From Candidatus Dadabacteria bacterium (GTDB taxonomy: Bacteria > Desulfobacterota_D > UBA1144 > Nemesobacterales > CSP1-2): DNA of 64,000 nucleotides. The first letter of the stretch is position 1, and every line of letters starts with the position of its first letter. Both the position numbers and the translations under genes were made by a program. The notes under the pieces are model-generated. The model ran no database searches, had not been told where the DNA came from, and saw only the letters and a list, made by a program, of their open reading frames with translations. Location: positions 96,001 to 160,000 of the forward strand of contig CAWDVW010000005.1 in NCBI GenBank assembly GCA_963805855.1, in the 5' to 3' direction. Positions 1-11,514 of this stretch are shown piece after piece.

Positions 1-1
1 C

Positions 2-742
2 TGTTCTTTAAACGAACAAGAATACGATAAATTTGCGGATGAAATTATAAATGCGCAAAAGGTAGAAATCCGGGATTTTGAAAAGGAAATATATTTTGAA
101 GGCTGCCTACCGATTGAAGTTTTAGCCCAAAGGGGTAAAGACTCATTGCGATTCGGCCCAATGAAACCTGTGGGTCTAATCGATCCACGAACAAAAAAAA
201 GACCTTATTCGGTAATCCAACTCAGGAAGGAAAATAACTCATCGTCAATGTACAGTATGGTAGGATTTCAAACCAAGCTCACATATCCTGAACAGAGAAG
301 GATTCTTACGTTAATACCGGGACTAGAAAATGCGGAGTTCCTGAGATACGGTAGCATTCACAGAAATACGTTCGTAAACTCACCAAAGGTTCTTCTTCCA
401 AGTCTTCAGATAAAAGGGAATGAAAAAATGATGCTTGCTGGTCAAATAGTAGGAGTTGAAGGATATGTTGAATCAGCAGCCATGGGTCTACTTGCTGGAA
501 TTAATGCCTTGAGAATCGTGAAAGGTTTAAAAACCGTCGTTCCTCCACATGAAACGGCTATCGGATCCTTGATAAGGTATATCACTGACCCGAGCACAAA
601 AGAATTTCAGCCAATGAATATAAACTTTGGTTTATTTCCAAAGGCAGAGATTGGCAAAACAAAGTCAGACAGGAGAAAACTTATCGCGGAAAGGGCAATC
701 TCTAAACTATGCGAGTTTAATCAAAATTGCCAGCTAGGTTGA
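2..742 (+). CDS. trmFO: tRNA m5U54 methyltransferase TrmFO (Gid), 5'-partial
   Basis: Frame is open from base 2 (CSLNEQEY...YFEGCLPIEVLAQRG..LRFGPMKPVGL); motifs MVGFQT, RYGSIHRNTF, AGQIVGVEGYVESAA, FQPMNINFG. Confidence 0.95.
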   Translation, partial: CSLNEQEYDKFADEIINAQKVEIRDFEKEIYFEGCLPIEVLAQRGKDSLRFGPMKPVGLIDPRTKKRPYSVIQLRKENNSSSMYSMVGFQTKLTYPEQRRILTLIPGLENAEFLRYGSIHRNTFVNSPKVLLPSLQIKGNEKMMLAGQIVGVEGYVESAAMGLLAGINALRIVKGLKTVVPPHETAIGSLIRYITDPSTKEFQPMNINFGLFPKAEIGKTKSDRRKLIAERAISKLCEFNQNCQLG

Positions 743-817
743 CCTTGATTATTTAATATGTTTCTTAAGGTAATATGATGAGCTATAGCTCAACTAATTT
801 TTCATTATGTCATTAAT

Positions 818-1705
818 ATGAATTTTCAGGATTTGATACTGAAATTGCAGATTTTTTGGTCAAAGAAGGGTTGCATAATACTTCAACCATATGACATTGA
901 AAAAGGCGCAGGAACTTTCCATCCCGCCACATTCCTCAGGTGCCTAGGTCCCGAGCCCTGGCGCGTGGCGTATGTTGAACCTTCGAGAAGGCCTACCGAC
1001 GGAAGATACGGGGACAATCCCAACAGGCTTCAACACTATTATCAGTTTCAGGTGATTATAAAACCCTCTCCGAGTAACATACAAGATCTATATCTGGACA
1101 GTTTACGATCCGTTGGTATAGACCCACTTATGCATGATATAAGGTTCGTGGAAGATGACTGGGAATCTCCCACGCTGGGTGCATGGGGATTGGGTTGGGA
1201 GGTTTGGCTTGATGGAATGGAAATAACTCAATTTACATACTTCCAGCAGGCAGGTGGAATTGATTTAAAACCAATTTCTGCAGAAATCACTTACGGTACA
1301 GAAAGAATAGCCATGTATTTACAGGGTGTGGAAAGCGTTTTTGATCTGGAATGGACCAAGGATGTAACATACGGAGAAATCCATCATCGAGATGAAATTG
1401 AATTTTCAAAATACAATTTCGAAGAATCAAATCCGCAAATGTTAAGAGAATTGTTTGATATGTTTAAATCTGAATGTGAGCAGCTCATTGGGAAAAATCT
1501 GCCAATCCCTGCCTACGATTACTGCTTAAAATGCTCGCACACCTTCAATCTTCTGGACGCACGGGGTGTAATTGGCGTAGCCGAGCGTGAAAATTATATT
1601 GGAAAGGTTCGAACCCTCGCAAAGATGTGTGCTGAGTCTTATTTAAGGGAAAGAGAAGATTTAGGGTTCCCACTTTCTAAAAACAACCCATGGGAAAAGA
1701 ATTAA
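818..1705 (+). CDS. glyQ: glycine--tRNA ligase alpha subunit
   Basis: [52 protein letters not shown]. Confidence 0.98.
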   Translation: MNFQDLILKLQIFWSKKGCIILQPYDIEKGAGTFHPATFLRCLGPEPWRVAYVEPSRRPTDGRYGDNPNRLQHYYQFQVIIKPSPSNIQDLYLDSLRSVGIDPLMHDIRFVEDDWESPTLGAWGLGWEVWLDGMEITQFTYFQQAGGIDLKPISAEITYGTERIAMYLQGVESVFDLEWTKDVTYGEIHHRDEIEFSKYNFEESNPQMLRELFDMFKSECEQLIGKNLPIPAYDYCLKCSHTFNLLDARGVIGVAERENYIGKVRTLAKMCAESYLREREDLGFPLSKNNPWEKN

Positions 1706-3780
1706 TATTTGAAATAGGAACAGAAGAGATACCTGCGAGATTTATGGAGGCCGCTATCCGGGACCTGAAGAGTGTTACGGAGCGGGAATTAAAGGAAAAT
1801 CTTCTAACCTATAAAGACATCAGTACATACGGAACTCCCAGGAGATTGATTCTAAGGGTCACCGATCTTTCGGATATTCAAACGGATAGGTTAATTGAAG
1901 TAGTTGGTCCCCCAAAGCGGATCGCGTTTGATAAGGATGGTAAGCCAACGAAGGCAGCAATTGGATTTGCACATGCCCAGGGCGTAGGTGTAACTGATTT
2001 AGTAATCTCGGACGGAGAAAGAGGTGAATTTGCTGCCGTAAGAAAAACGGTCAAGGGCGAGAAAACTGAGAAGATATTAAAGCATCTTCTCCCAAAGATC
2101 ATAAAAACGGTTTCCTTTAGAAAATCTATGAGATGGGGCGAAGGGGATGAATCTTTTGTAAGACCAATCAGGTGGATCCTATCTATTTATGGTGGAAAGC
2201 TTATTAAATTCAGATTAGATGGCATCGTAAGCGGATCAAAGACTCAGGGACATAGATTTATGTGCAAAAAACCATTTCGTGTAGAGAATTGGAACCAATA
2301 CAGTAGTGAGCTAAAAAAGAGGTTTATCGTCTTCGACCAGGAGGAAAGAAAGAAAATTATCCAAGAGGGTATAGAGCTCAGAGCTAGCGAAATTGGAGGG
2401 ATACCGGCACACGACAAGGAATTACTCGAGACAATATCCCATCTAGTTGAGTACCCGACCGTGCTTAGAGGAACTTTCGACAGGGATTTTTTAAAACTTC
2501 CCACAGAGGTTTTAATAAGCGTAATGAAAAATCAACAGAAATATGTTCCTGTCCTCTCCACAGCCATTGATGATCAGAAACTTCTTCCATATTTCATTTT
2601 TGTTTGTGGTACACCAGTGAAAAACGAAGAAGTTGTTATTAAGGGCAATGAAAGGGTTATCAGGGCCAGATTCCAAGACGGCCGCTTCTTTTTTGAAGAA
2701 GACCTAAAGTCTCCACTCTCTTCGAGGTCGGAGAAGTTAAAAAACATGGTTTTTCTCTCAGGCCTAGGCACATATTATGACAAAACGCTACGTATGGAAG
2801 AATTTGTTGAGCAAATTGGAAACAGTCTTGGATTTCAAAATACGATTAACGACATAAAAAGGGCGGCAAGGATATCAAAAGCGGATCTTACTACAGAGAT
2901 GGTCTTTGAATTCCCGGAGCTCCAGGGGATAATGGGTAAATACTATGCGTTGCTTTCCGGAGAGAATAAGGAAGTTGCAGAAGCAATAGAGGAACAATAT
3001 ATGCCAGTTGCACGTGAGGGAACTCTTCCCGCGTCAAAATATGGAAGTATACTCAGCATAGCGGATAAGGTAGATAACATCGCTGCAAACTTTATTACAG
3101 GACACATCCCCACAGGGACTTCTGACCCTTATGCACTCAGAAGACAGGCAATTGGGATAATAAATATAATTCTTTATCAGGAATTCCATCTAAGCTTGAA
3201 AGAAATTTATGACTTAAGCCTCAACCTGTTCCGGAATCAACAAAAAATAAAAGACCCCTCAAAAATCGACGAGATTTTGCCCGAAATCCTGGGCTTTATG
3301 GTCGAAAGGTTTAGAAACCTGATGCTATCCGAGGGTAATCCAAACGACGTAGTAGATTCGGTAATTTCATCAGAATGTGACGACCTGGTCGACACCAAAT
3401 ATAAGATTGAAGCCCTCTCAGAATTCCGCAAGGAATCCGATTTTAATTCGCTTGCCATTGCCTTCAAGCGAGTGTTCAACATCCTGAAGAATCAACCGAG
3501 GAACAGCTTTGATTGCGAACGATTAATCGAACCCGCTGAAAAATTACTCTTTAGAAATTATTCAAATATAATAGTGGAAGTGGAAAAAAGCCTGTCTGAG
3601 CGAAACTATATAGATGCCATCTTAAAAATGAGGGGTTTGAAAGAACCAATAGACAAATATTTCGACGAGGTACTGGTCATGGATAAGGATGAGGAAATCA
3701 GAAGGAATCGCATCTCCATGTTATGGGCGATAAGGGATCTTTTTTTCAAACTAGCGGACTTTTCAAAAATTAACACTTAA
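1690..3780 (+). CDS. glyS: glycine--tRNA ligase beta subunit
   Basis: [47 protein letters not shown]; overlaps glyQ end. Confidence 0.97.
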   Translation: MGKELIFEIGTEEIPARFMEAAIRDLKSVTERELKENLLTYKDISTYGTPRRLILRVTDLSDIQTDRLIEVVGPPKRIAFDKDGKPTKAAIGFAHAQGVGVTDLVISDGERGEFAAVRKTVKGEKTEKILKHLLPKIIKTVSFRKSMRWGEGDESFVRPIRWILSIYGGKLIKFRLDGIVSGSKTQGHRFMCKKPFRVENWNQYSSELKKRFIVFDQEERKKIIQEGIELRASEIGGIPAHDKELLETISHLVEYPTVLRGTFDRDFLKLPTEVLISVMKNQQKYVPVLSTAIDDQKLLPYFIFVCGTPVKNEEVVIKGNERVIRARFQDGRFFFEEDLKSPLSSRSEKLKNMVFLSGLGTYYDKTLRMEEFVEQIGNSLGFQNTINDIKRAARISKADLTTEMVFEFPELQGIMGKYYALLSGENKEVAEAIEEQYMPVAREGTLPASKYGSILSIADKVDNIAANFITGHIPTGTSDPYALRRQAIGIINIILYQEFHLSLKEIYDLSLNLFRNQQKIKDPSKIDEILPEILGFMVERFRNLMLSEGNPNDVVDSVISSECDDLVDTKYKIEALSEFRKESDFNSLAIAFKRVFNILKNQPRNSFDCERLIEPAEKLLFRNYSNIIVEVEKSLSERNYIDAILKMRGLKEPIDKYFDEVLVMDKDEEIRRNRISMLWAIRDLFFKLADFSKINT

Positions 3781-3824
3781 AAAACAAGATAAACAACGAC
3801 AAAAATTAAATATACGCTGAAAAC

Positions 3825-6587
3825 ATGGGAGAAAAATTGACTATGACTAATAAGAGGAAAAAGTATCTCTATTTCTTCGGAGATGGTAAAGCAGATGGAA
3901 GAGGAAATATGAAGGATTTGCTTGGGGGTAAGGGGGCAGGACTCGCAGAAATGTCAAGTATCGGGATACCAGTTCCACCGGGTTTTACTATCTCAACTGA
4001 TGTTTGTCGTATGTTCAATGAAAACAGAAAGCGAATGCCTCGGCAGATAAAAAGTGAGATAGAGGAATACCTTAAAAGACTAGAAAAACTATCCGGAAAA
4101 AACTTCGGTGATCCAGAGAACCCGCTTCTGGTTTCAGTACGTTCCGGTGCTAGATTCTCAATGCCGGGTATGATGGACACCATCTTAAACTTAGGGCTTA
4201 ACGACATCAGTGTTCGGGAGCTTTCGGTCAAAACAGGAAATCCGAGATTCGCTTGGGATGCGTATAGAAGATTCATTCAGATGTTCAGTGATGTTGTTTT
4301 AAGGATTAAAAAAGAAGAATTTGAGGAAATTCTAGAGACGGCGAAGCAAAAGTATAATTGTAAGTCTGACGTAGAACTAACAACCCAAGCAATAAAGGAT
4401 GTTGTTACAGTATATAAAAGGCTTGTGAAAAGGAAAACGAAAAATGAATTTCCCCAAAGCCCTAAATCTCAGCTATTTAGTGCGATAAATGCAGTATTCT
4501 TATCCTGGAACAATCCGAGAGCAGTATTCTATAGAAATCAATACGGAATCTCAGATGAAATTGGAACAGCGGTAAATGTGCAGGAAATGGTCTTTGGGAA
4601 CATGGGTGAAAATTCAGGTACCGGTGTAGGCTTTACCAGAGATCCTGCATCAGGAGATAACCAGCTCTACGCTGAGTACCTGATGAATGCTCAGGGTGAG
4701 GATGTTGTAGCAGGTATAAGGACTCCCAAGCGCCTGGAAAGTTTAGAGCATGATATGCCTAAAGTTTATAAGCAGTTGAGTAAAACTGCAAAGGCTTTGG
4801 AAAGTCATTTTCGTGACATGCAGGATTTCGAATTTACACTTGAGGGAAATAGACTATACATCCTTCAGACTCGCACCGGGAAAAGGACAGGAATAGCGGC
4901 CTTAAGAATCGCCCACGACATGGTAAAAGAGAATTTAATTACAAAGAAGCAGGCTATCCTTCGAATCGATCCTGAGCATATTGAACAATTCTTATTCCCG
5001 ATTTTTGACCCTGATCAAAAAAAGAATTTCAACTTACTCACAAAAGGCCTTTCTGCATCGCCCGGCGCTGCGGCAGGCAAAGTAGCCTTCGACTCAGAAA
5101 CAGCTGTAAAAATGAGTAAAAGGGGAGAGCGTGTAGTCTTGGTTCGAAAAGAGACTAGCCCTGACGACATTCATGGTATGGCGGTTTCTCAGGGCGTACT
5201 CACAGCCAGAGGGGGACGCACAAGTCACGCAGCAGTTGTGGGAAGACAGATGGGTAAGGTTTGTGTAGTTGGAGCGGAAGAGTTAATTGTGGACGATGAG
5301 GAAAGGCAATTTAAATCACGAGACTCTGTTATTAAAGAAGGAGATTTCATATCCATTGATGGTTTTGAAGGAGACGTGTATTCAGGTGATATTCCGGTAA
5401 CTTCCTCTGAGGTCATCCAAGTCGTAGAAGGAAAGCTAAAACCCGAGCAATCTGAAAAATACCGTATATTTTCTACAATACTTAAGTGGGCTGATAAGAT
5501 AAGAAAACTTAGTATAAGGGCTAACGCTGATACGCCCCACGATTCGAAGATAGCAGTAAATTTCGGCGCTGAAGGCATAGGCCTTTGCCGCACCGAGCAT
5601 ATGTTTTTCCAAGAAGACAGAATACCAATAATGCAGAGTATGATACTTGCCAGAACTACAAAGGAAAGGGAAAAACTTCTTGAAAAATTACTCCCTATGC
5701 AAAAGGAAGATTTTAAAGGAATATTTCGTGAAATGAGTGGCTATCCAGTAACGATAAGGCTCCTTGACCCCCCTCTCCACGAATTCCTGCCAAGAAGAGA
5801 AGAACTAATGGTAGAAATTAGAGAACTCGAGCTAAAAAAGAAAAAACCTAAGATAATAAAAGAGCGTCAAAAGCTTCTTGAGAGGGTCGAAGAACTACAC
5901 GAATTTAATCCCATGCTCGGTCTTCGCGGTTGCAGGCTGGGAATTCTAATGCCAGAAATAAGCCGAATGCAAGCGAGAGCAATAATAGAGGCGGCTTGCG
6001 AGGTTGATGAGGAAGGAATTAAGGTTATACCGGAGATCATGGTCCCTCTGGTAGGAATGCTCACCGAGATAAAAGCTCAAAAGGACATTATTGTGGAAGT
6101 CGCAGAATCGGTCATGGCGAAGTATAAAAGACGGATCAAATACTATGTCGGCACTATGATCGAGGTCCCTAGAGCGGCGACTGTAGCCGATGAAATCGCA
6201 ACAGAGACAGATTTTTTCTCTTTTGGAACAAACGACCTGACCCAAACGACTTTCGCTTTTTCACGTGATGACGCCGGGAAATTCATAAAGGCCTATACCG
6301 AAAAAACCGTGACAATCAATGGAAAACAGGTAAAAATTCTAGACAAAGACCCATTTTCAACACTTGATGTGAATGGGGTCGGCACACTGATCCAGATGGC
6401 AATCGATAAGGGCAGAAAAGCTAAGCCAAATCTAAAACTTGGCATATGCGGAGAGCATGGGGGTGACCCGGCCTCAATTGATTTCTGCCATATAGTTGGA
6501 ATGAACTATGTGAGCTGTTCTCCCTACAGGGTTCCAATTGCAAGACTTGCAGCAGCAAGAGTTGCATTAACAATTAATAAAGTATGA
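3825..6587 (+). CDS. ppdK: pyruvate, phosphate dikinase
   Basis: LLGGKGAGL, VSVRSGA..SMPGMMDT, phospho-His motif GGRTSHAAVV, GICGEHGGDP; start may be ATG 3843. Confidence 0.97.
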   Translation: MGEKLTMTNKRKKYLYFFGDGKADGRGNMKDLLGGKGAGLAEMSSIGIPVPPGFTISTDVCRMFNENRKRMPRQIKSEIEEYLKRLEKLSGKNFGDPENPLLVSVRSGARFSMPGMMDTILNLGLNDISVRELSVKTGNPRFAWDAYRRFIQMFSDVVLRIKKEEFEEILETAKQKYNCKSDVELTTQAIKDVVTVYKRLVKRKTKNEFPQSPKSQLFSAINAVFLSWNNPRAVFYRNQYGISDEIGTAVNVQEMVFGNMGENSGTGVGFTRDPASGDNQLYAEYLMNAQGEDVVAGIRTPKRLESLEHDMPKVYKQLSKTAKALESHFRDMQDFEFTLEGNRLYILQTRTGKRTGIAALRIAHDMVKENLITKKQAILRIDPEHIEQFLFPIFDPDQKKNFNLLTKGLSASPGAAAGKVAFDSETAVKMSKRGERVVLVRKETSPDDIHGMAVSQGVLTARGGRTSHAAVVGRQMGKVCVVGAEELIVDDEERQFKSRDSVIKEGDFISIDGFEGDVYSGDIPVTSSEVIQVVEGKLKPEQSEKYRIFSTILKWADKIRKLSIRANADTPHDSKIAVNFGAEGIGLCRTEHMFFQEDRIPIMQSMILARTTKEREKLLEKLLPMQKEDFKGIFREMSGYPVTIRLLDPPLHEFLPRREELMVEIRELELKKKKPKIIKERQKLLERVEELHEFNPMLGLRGCRLGILMPEISRMQARAIIEAACEVDEEGIKVIPEIMVPLVGMLTEIKAQKDIIVEVAESVMAKYKRRIKYYVGTMIEVPRAATVADEIATETDFFSFGTNDLTQTTFAFSRDDAGKFIKAYTEKTVTINGKQVKILDKDPFSTLDVNGVGTLIQMAIDKGRKAKPNLKLGICGEHGGDPASIDFCHIVGMNYVSCSPYRVPIARLAAARVALTINKV

Positions 6588-6642
6588 CGTAGCAAGCAAA
6601 ATGGAATTCACGAATTAAGAATGACGATCACAATTTCATATT

Positions 6643-7455
6643 CTACTGCTCTAATGGTTTGTTAATCCTCTTAATACCCGTAGCTTTTCCACTTTCGCAG
6701 TGTATATCGATTATTATTCCATTAAGCCATATATTTTCCTCTGCCGGCTCCAGCCTCTGAGGCATGAGAGTCAGAAAACGTTTGATCGATTTTTCCCTAT
6801 CCATCCCGATCACAGAATCCATGGCTCCCGTCATCCCCACATCTGTAATATACCCCGTTCCATTCGGAAGAATTCTTTCATCGGCAGTTTGAACGTGTGT
6901 ATGTGTACCAACTAACGCACTTATCTTTCCATCCAGATACCAGCCAAAAGCTATCTTTTCTGAGGTCGCCTCGGCATGAAAATCCAAAATTATTATATTT
7001 GTTTCATCCTTTAATACCTCGATCAACTTCAATGCCGAAGTGTATGGATTTTCATAAGAATCCATAAAGAGTTTTCCGCAAAGGTTTAAGACTCCGACCT
7101 GCCTTCCATGATTATCGTTGAATACTCCGTGCCCTCTTCCCGGGGTCGAGCCAGGGTAATTAGCTGGACGAAGTATTCTCGGCTCGCTATCAACATAAGG
7201 TATGATCTCTTGCTTGTCCCAAATATGATTTCCTGATGTGAGGATATTTACTCCGCAGTCAAATAGGAATTCAGCTATCTTGGGAGTAATCCCTCTGCCG
7301 GCAGCCGCATTCTCGCAGTTCGCAATCACAAGATCAATTTTATGTTGTTCCATTAATTCGGGAATGAGCGCCTTCACGGCCAGTCGTCCGGCCTTGCCAA
7401 CAATATCCCCAATAAAAAGAATGGAGCAGTCCATTCTAGCTTCAATCTTTTCCAT
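6643..7455 (-). CDS. ymdB: YmdB/TIGR00282-family metallophosphoesterase
   Basis: FIGDIVG, NCENAA, TSGNHIWD, RPANYP, DFHAEATSEK, GTHTHVQTAD; downstream of rny. Confidence 0.93.
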   Translation of the reverse strand: MEKIEARMDCSILFIGDIVGKAGRLAVKALIPELMEQHKIDLVIANCENAAAGRGITPKIAEFLFDCGVNILTSGNHIWDKQEIIPYVDSEPRILRPANYPGSTPGRGHGVFNDNHGRQVGVLNLCGKLFMDSYENPYTSALKLIEVLKDETNIIILDFHAEATSEKIAFGWYLDGKISALVGTHTHVQTADERILPNGTGYITDVGMTGAMDSVIGMDREKSIKRFLTLMPQRLEPAEENIWLNGIIIDIHCESGKATGIKRINKPLEQ

Positions 7456-7513
7456 GAATATTCAGAAATTACTGACAGCGTGACTTGAATATATTACTGA
7501 ACTTTATGCTTAC

Positions 7514-9070
7514 CTAGTTTGCATATGCCGTAGCGCGCACTTCCCTTATTACGGTTATTTTAATTTGTCCCGGAAATGCAACCTCTTTCTCAATCTTTTT
7601 AGCGATCTCATGAGAAAGCAAAACGCCCTCTTCGTCATTCACCTTTCCACTCTCAACAATGACCCTGACTTCTCTACCCGCCTGGATAGCGTAACACTTT
7701 TCAACCCCTCGAAAAGAACCGGCAATACTCTCGATCTCTTCTATTCTTTTTACATATGCTTCATATGTCTCCCTCCTTGCCCCCGGTCTCGCCGCAGAGA
7801 CTGCGTCTGCCGCCTGAACAAGGATTGGCAAAATAGCCTGTGGTTGAGGATCATGTGCCTTGGCAACAGCTTCAATAACCTCCGCGGGCTCTTGGTACCT
7901 CCTAACAATTTCTTCTCCTATTTCTACGTGAGAGCCCTCAACCTCATGATCAAGCGCCTTTCCGATGTCATGTAGGAGACCCGCCCTTCTCGCCAGTTTC
8001 TCATTATAGCCAATTTCTGCCGCCATTACTCCGCATATGAAAGCCACCTCAAGGGAATGGCTCAATATATTTTGTGAAAAGCTTGTTCTGTATTTCAATT
8101 TTCCTACGAGCTTTACAAGCTCAGGGTGCATGTTGTGAGCACCTATATCAAAGACAGCTTCCTCTCCCGCCTTCTGAATCTCCTTTTCAATTTCGGCTTC
8201 AACATCACTCACAACCTCTTCGATTCTAGCAGGATGAATCCTTCCATCCGATATAAGAGATTCTAACGCCAGCCTAGCGATCTCTCTTCTTATAGGGTTC
8301 AACGAGGATATTACCGCAGTCTCAGGCGTATCATCTATAATAATATCCACACCAGTTCTAGACTCTATTGAGCGTATATTTCTACCCTCACGGCCTATGA
8401 TCCGTCCCTTCATATCATCACTTGGAAGGTTCACGACCGAGATTGTCTTTTCGCTCGTATATTGTCCGGCGTATCTTTGTATAGCAAGAGCAACAATATC
8501 CTTTGCTCTTCTTTCTGAAGCTTGTTGCAGCTCTTCTTCTATCTGTTTTAGCTTCTTTGCAGATTCATGCCTGGCTTCGTCTTCTATGATATTAATAAGC
8601 TCATTTTTTGCCGCATCCCTGGTCATGCCAGCTATATTCTCGATCTTCCTTTTAGCATCCTCAATAATCATGTTTAGTTCTTTTTCTTTGTCCAAGATAG
8701 ACTTTTCTTTTGTGGAGAATTCCCTTTCCTTTTTACTCACTTCCAACTCTCTTCTCTCAAGAGATTCGAATTTTCTATCTAAATTATCTTCGCGATTCTG
8801 AAGCCTATTTTCCATTTTAGAAAATTCTTTGTGTTTCTCTCGCGATTCTCTCTCAATCTCAGATTTTGCCTTTTCTTTAATCTCCCGAGCTTTAAGCTCA
8901 GCTTGAATCTTAAGTGTCTCACACTCTTTTCTTGCAGCCTCTAAAATTGTCTGAGCTTTTCCCTTATCCTTCCCAGCATTCCTTTTCTCCAAGGTTGCTC
9001 GTAACAAATAATAAAGAACAACACCCATTACAAATCCTGATACAGCTGACCCAATTATCCATTCAATCAT
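7514..9070 (-). CDS. rny: ribonuclease Y
   Basis: N-terminal TM, coiled coil, KH motif GRIIGREGRNIR, HD motif LLHDIGK; start moved to ATG 9070 (MIEWIIG) after GGAGGG RBS. Confidence 0.96.
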   Translation of the reverse strand: MIEWIIGSAVSGFVMGVVLYYLLRATLEKRNAGKDKGKAQTILEAARKECETLKIQAELKAREIKEKAKSEIERESREKHKEFSKMENRLQNREDNLDRKFESLERRELEVSKKEREFSTKEKSILDKEKELNMIIEDAKRKIENIAGMTRDAAKNELINIIEDEARHESAKKLKQIEEELQQASERRAKDIVALAIQRYAGQYTSEKTISVVNLPSDDMKGRIIGREGRNIRSIESRTGVDIIIDDTPETAVISSLNPIRREIARLALESLISDGRIHPARIEEVVSDVEAEIEKEIQKAGEEAVFDIGAHNMHPELVKLVGKLKYRTSFSQNILSHSLEVAFICGVMAAEIGYNEKLARRAGLLHDIGKALDHEVEGSHVEIGEEIVRRYQEPAEVIEAVAKAHDPQPQAILPILVQAADAVSAARPGARRETYEAYVKRIEEIESIAGSFRGVEKCYAIQAGREVRVIVESGKVNDEEGVLLSHEIAKKIEKEVAFPGQIKITVIREVRATAYAN

Positions 9071-9071
9071 C

Positions 9072-9700
9072 TCATGTCCCTCCATCCCCCCCGGCGCAAC
9101 TGACAATACCAAGTTCCGTAATCAAGTATCCCATGCCCATGTCGAATTTCGAAACAGGGATCGAATCTTGGATCTGAAAACTATAAGCCAATGCAATTCT
9201 TTTCTCTCTATTTAGTAACTTGGTTGAACGGTCGTAGTATCCTTTTCCGTACCCTAACCTCGCACCAGCAAGGTTAAAAACCAGTCCCGGAATGATTACT
9301 AGATCAAGGTCTTCAGTTAAGATCGAGGGGGAATTTTCATTTGGTTCAGGAATCCCAAAATTTCCTGATTTAAGACTTTCTGTGCTATCTACCTCGTGGA
9401 AACTCAAAAAATACCCATCTACCCGAGGATAATAAACTTTCTTACCACTTTCAGTAGCATTTTTAAAAATTCTACACGTATCTACTTCGTTTTTTATCGG
9501 AAAGTAAAGAGCTATACTCTTAGCTAGCTTATAACAGGGAAGTTGAATAAGAAAGTTTGAAACAACTTCGCTTTTTTCATCAACTTCATCTTGACTCAGA
9601 CATAACCTAGCTTTCAAAAACTCGCGACGAATCCGCGCCTTAACAATACGAATGCAGCAATCCTCTTCCAGTGAATTAGGTAATGGCGATCTAACTCCCT
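9072..9700 (-). CDS. 5-formyltetrahydrofolate cyclo-ligase (start uncertain)
   Basis: KARIRR..L, EVDT, YPRV, FGIPEP, DLVIIPGL.F, RLGYGKGYYDR; first ~60 aa of the listed ORF overlap zapA and are probably not real; 5' coordinate is approximate. Confidence 0.88.
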
Positions 9701-9711
9701 CTGAAACACAA

Positions 9712-10068
9712 TTATTTGAAAGTCTCCTCTCCCTCTTCCGTTGATTTTGTCCCCACTCCACCTTCACCTTGAGTAACAAAGGTTTCAATAGATTTAAGAG
9801 AATTATCCAACATTTCAACCAGGTTATTTGATTTTTGTTCAGCACGATTTTTAAACTCCTCAAACTCTCTTTTCAATCTGAAATACTCATCTGCTATCTT
9901 GAGAGTAGCAAGAAGAAATGGTCGAGGTGCAGATACGGTATCTTCCCCAGGCGATGCTTCTCTTAGTTTCTCTTCTAAGTAAGCGGCGATTTCACTCACG
10001 TAATCATCATCGGCATCTGTCTTTATAAAATAATCTTTATTGAATACGCTTATCTTCATTCGCCTCAT
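9712..10068 (-). CDS. zapA: cell division protein ZapA
   Basis: ISVFNKDY.I....DYVSEIAAYL, LLATLKIADEY followed by a coiled coil; typical position upstream of cyclo-ligase and rny. Confidence 0.85.
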   Translation of the reverse strand: MRRMKISVFNKDYFIKTDADDDYVSEIAAYLEEKLREASPGEDTVSAPRPFLLATLKIADEYFRLKREFEEFKNRAEQKSNNLVEMLDNSLKSIETFVTQGEGGVGTKSTEEGEETFK

Positions 10069-10278
10069 TTAAGCCTCTGACCTACTTATATATAATTCTA
10101 CTTTCTCAATTACCTTTTCTAACCTTGAATTTGCTTCTTGCCTGCCCTTTTCAAGGTCTTTTATACTTTCCCGAAGCATTCTAACTTCTTCTAGTAGTTT
10201 TCGATGCTCCTCGGTCATTTTCTTCTCTCTTGAAATTGCTTCTTTAATTCTACTCTCAAGAATATCCATTGATTTCAT
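10069..10278 (-). CDS. small coiled-coil protein, ZapB-like
   Basis: 69 aa heptad pattern, abuts zapA start. Confidence 0.55.
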   Translation of the reverse strand: MKSMDILESRIKEAISREKKMTEEHRKLLEEVRMLRESIKDLEKGRQEANSRLEKVIEKVELYISRSEA

Positions 10279-10345
10279 GATATTAGTAGAACAAGTTTAA
10301 ACTTATCTTGAATTTTTTGCAAGTTGTGTAACCATTATCTTAAAA

Positions 10346-11419
10346 ATGATAGAAGCCGGACTGTTAAAGCGTCTCGATGAAGTCGAGAAAAAGTATTTGG
10401 AAATTGAAAAATACCTTAGTAATCCGAGTTTAACCCCCTCTGAAATACATCGTTATTCCAAAGAGCGCTCAGAATTGGGGGAATTGGTCGAGATATATAG
10501 AGAATACAAACAAACCTCGAAAGAAATTGAAGAGAACAAAGCTTTAATCTCGGATAAGGAACTGGGGGAGCTCGCGCGCGAAGAGATAATAGCGTTGGAA
10601 AGAAAGCTTCAAATCCTGAACGATAAGATGCAACTTATGCTTCTACCAAAGGATCCAATGGATGATAAGAACGTATTTCTAGAAATCCGTGCCGGGGCTG
10701 GTGGTGGAGAAGCGGCCTTATTTGCGGCCGACCTTCTCAGAATGTACTCCAGATACGCGGAAAGGAATGGATGGAAAACAGATATACTAAGTATAAACGA
10801 GACAGGAATCGGCGGGATAAAGGAGGCAATTGTCGCAATTGAGGGGGAAAGGGTCTACAGCAGACTAAAATATGAAAGTGGAGTACACAGGGTGCAGCGA
10901 GTACCAACCACGGAGGCGGGAGGAAGGATTCACACCTCTACTGCGACCGTAGCCGTTCTCCCTGAACCTGACGATGTCGAGGTAAATATTGATACCAGGG
11001 ACTTAAAGATCGACACTTACAGAGCCTCTGGCCCCGGAGGCCAGCATGTTAATAAGACTGATTCGGCAATAAGAATAACCCATATTCCCACCGGAATAGT
11101 TGTGCAATGCCAAGAGGAGAGGTCTCAACACAAAAATAGAGCTAAGGCAATGAGGATGCTGAAGGCTAAGCTTTACGAACTGGAAGAATATAAACGTCAA
11201 AATGAGATTTCATCCATTCGTCGTAATCTTGTCGGAAGTGGCGATAGGAGTGAAAAGATAAGGACCTACAATTTCCCGCAGGGTAGGATTACAGACCATA
11301 GAATAAAACTTACCCTTCATAAAATCGACACGATCCTGGATGGCGATCTAGAAGATTTAATAGATCCTTTGGTCAATTACTACCAATCCGAGAACCTCAA
11401 ACAAATTTCCTATCAGTGA
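10346..11419 (+). CDS. prfA: peptide chain release factor 1
   Basis: EIRAGAGG.EA, ESGVHRVQRVPTTE (PxT motif), GGQHVNKTDSA, RTYNFPQGR. Confidence 0.97.
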   Translation: MIEAGLLKRLDEVEKKYLEIEKYLSNPSLTPSEIHRYSKERSELGELVEIYREYKQTSKEIEENKALISDKELGELAREEIIALERKLQILNDKMQLMLLPKDPMDDKNVFLEIRAGAGGGEAALFAADLLRMYSRYAERNGWKTDILSINETGIGGIKEAIVAIEGERVYSRLKYESGVHRVQRVPTTEAGGRIHTSTATVAVLPEPDDVEVNIDTRDLKIDTYRASGPGGQHVNKTDSAIRITHIPTGIVVQCQEERSQHKNRAKAMRMLKAKLYELEEYKRQNEISSIRRNLVGSGDRSEKIRTYNFPQGRITDHRIKLTLHKIDTILDGDLEDLIDPLVNYYQSENLKQISYQ

Positions 11420-11514
11420 TTATTATATAGATTAAAGACACATACCAAATTCACGCTTACTTTTCATTTAAGTTGTTTATTGTGATAGAATATTTCGAAA
11501 ATTAAAAAATAAAA

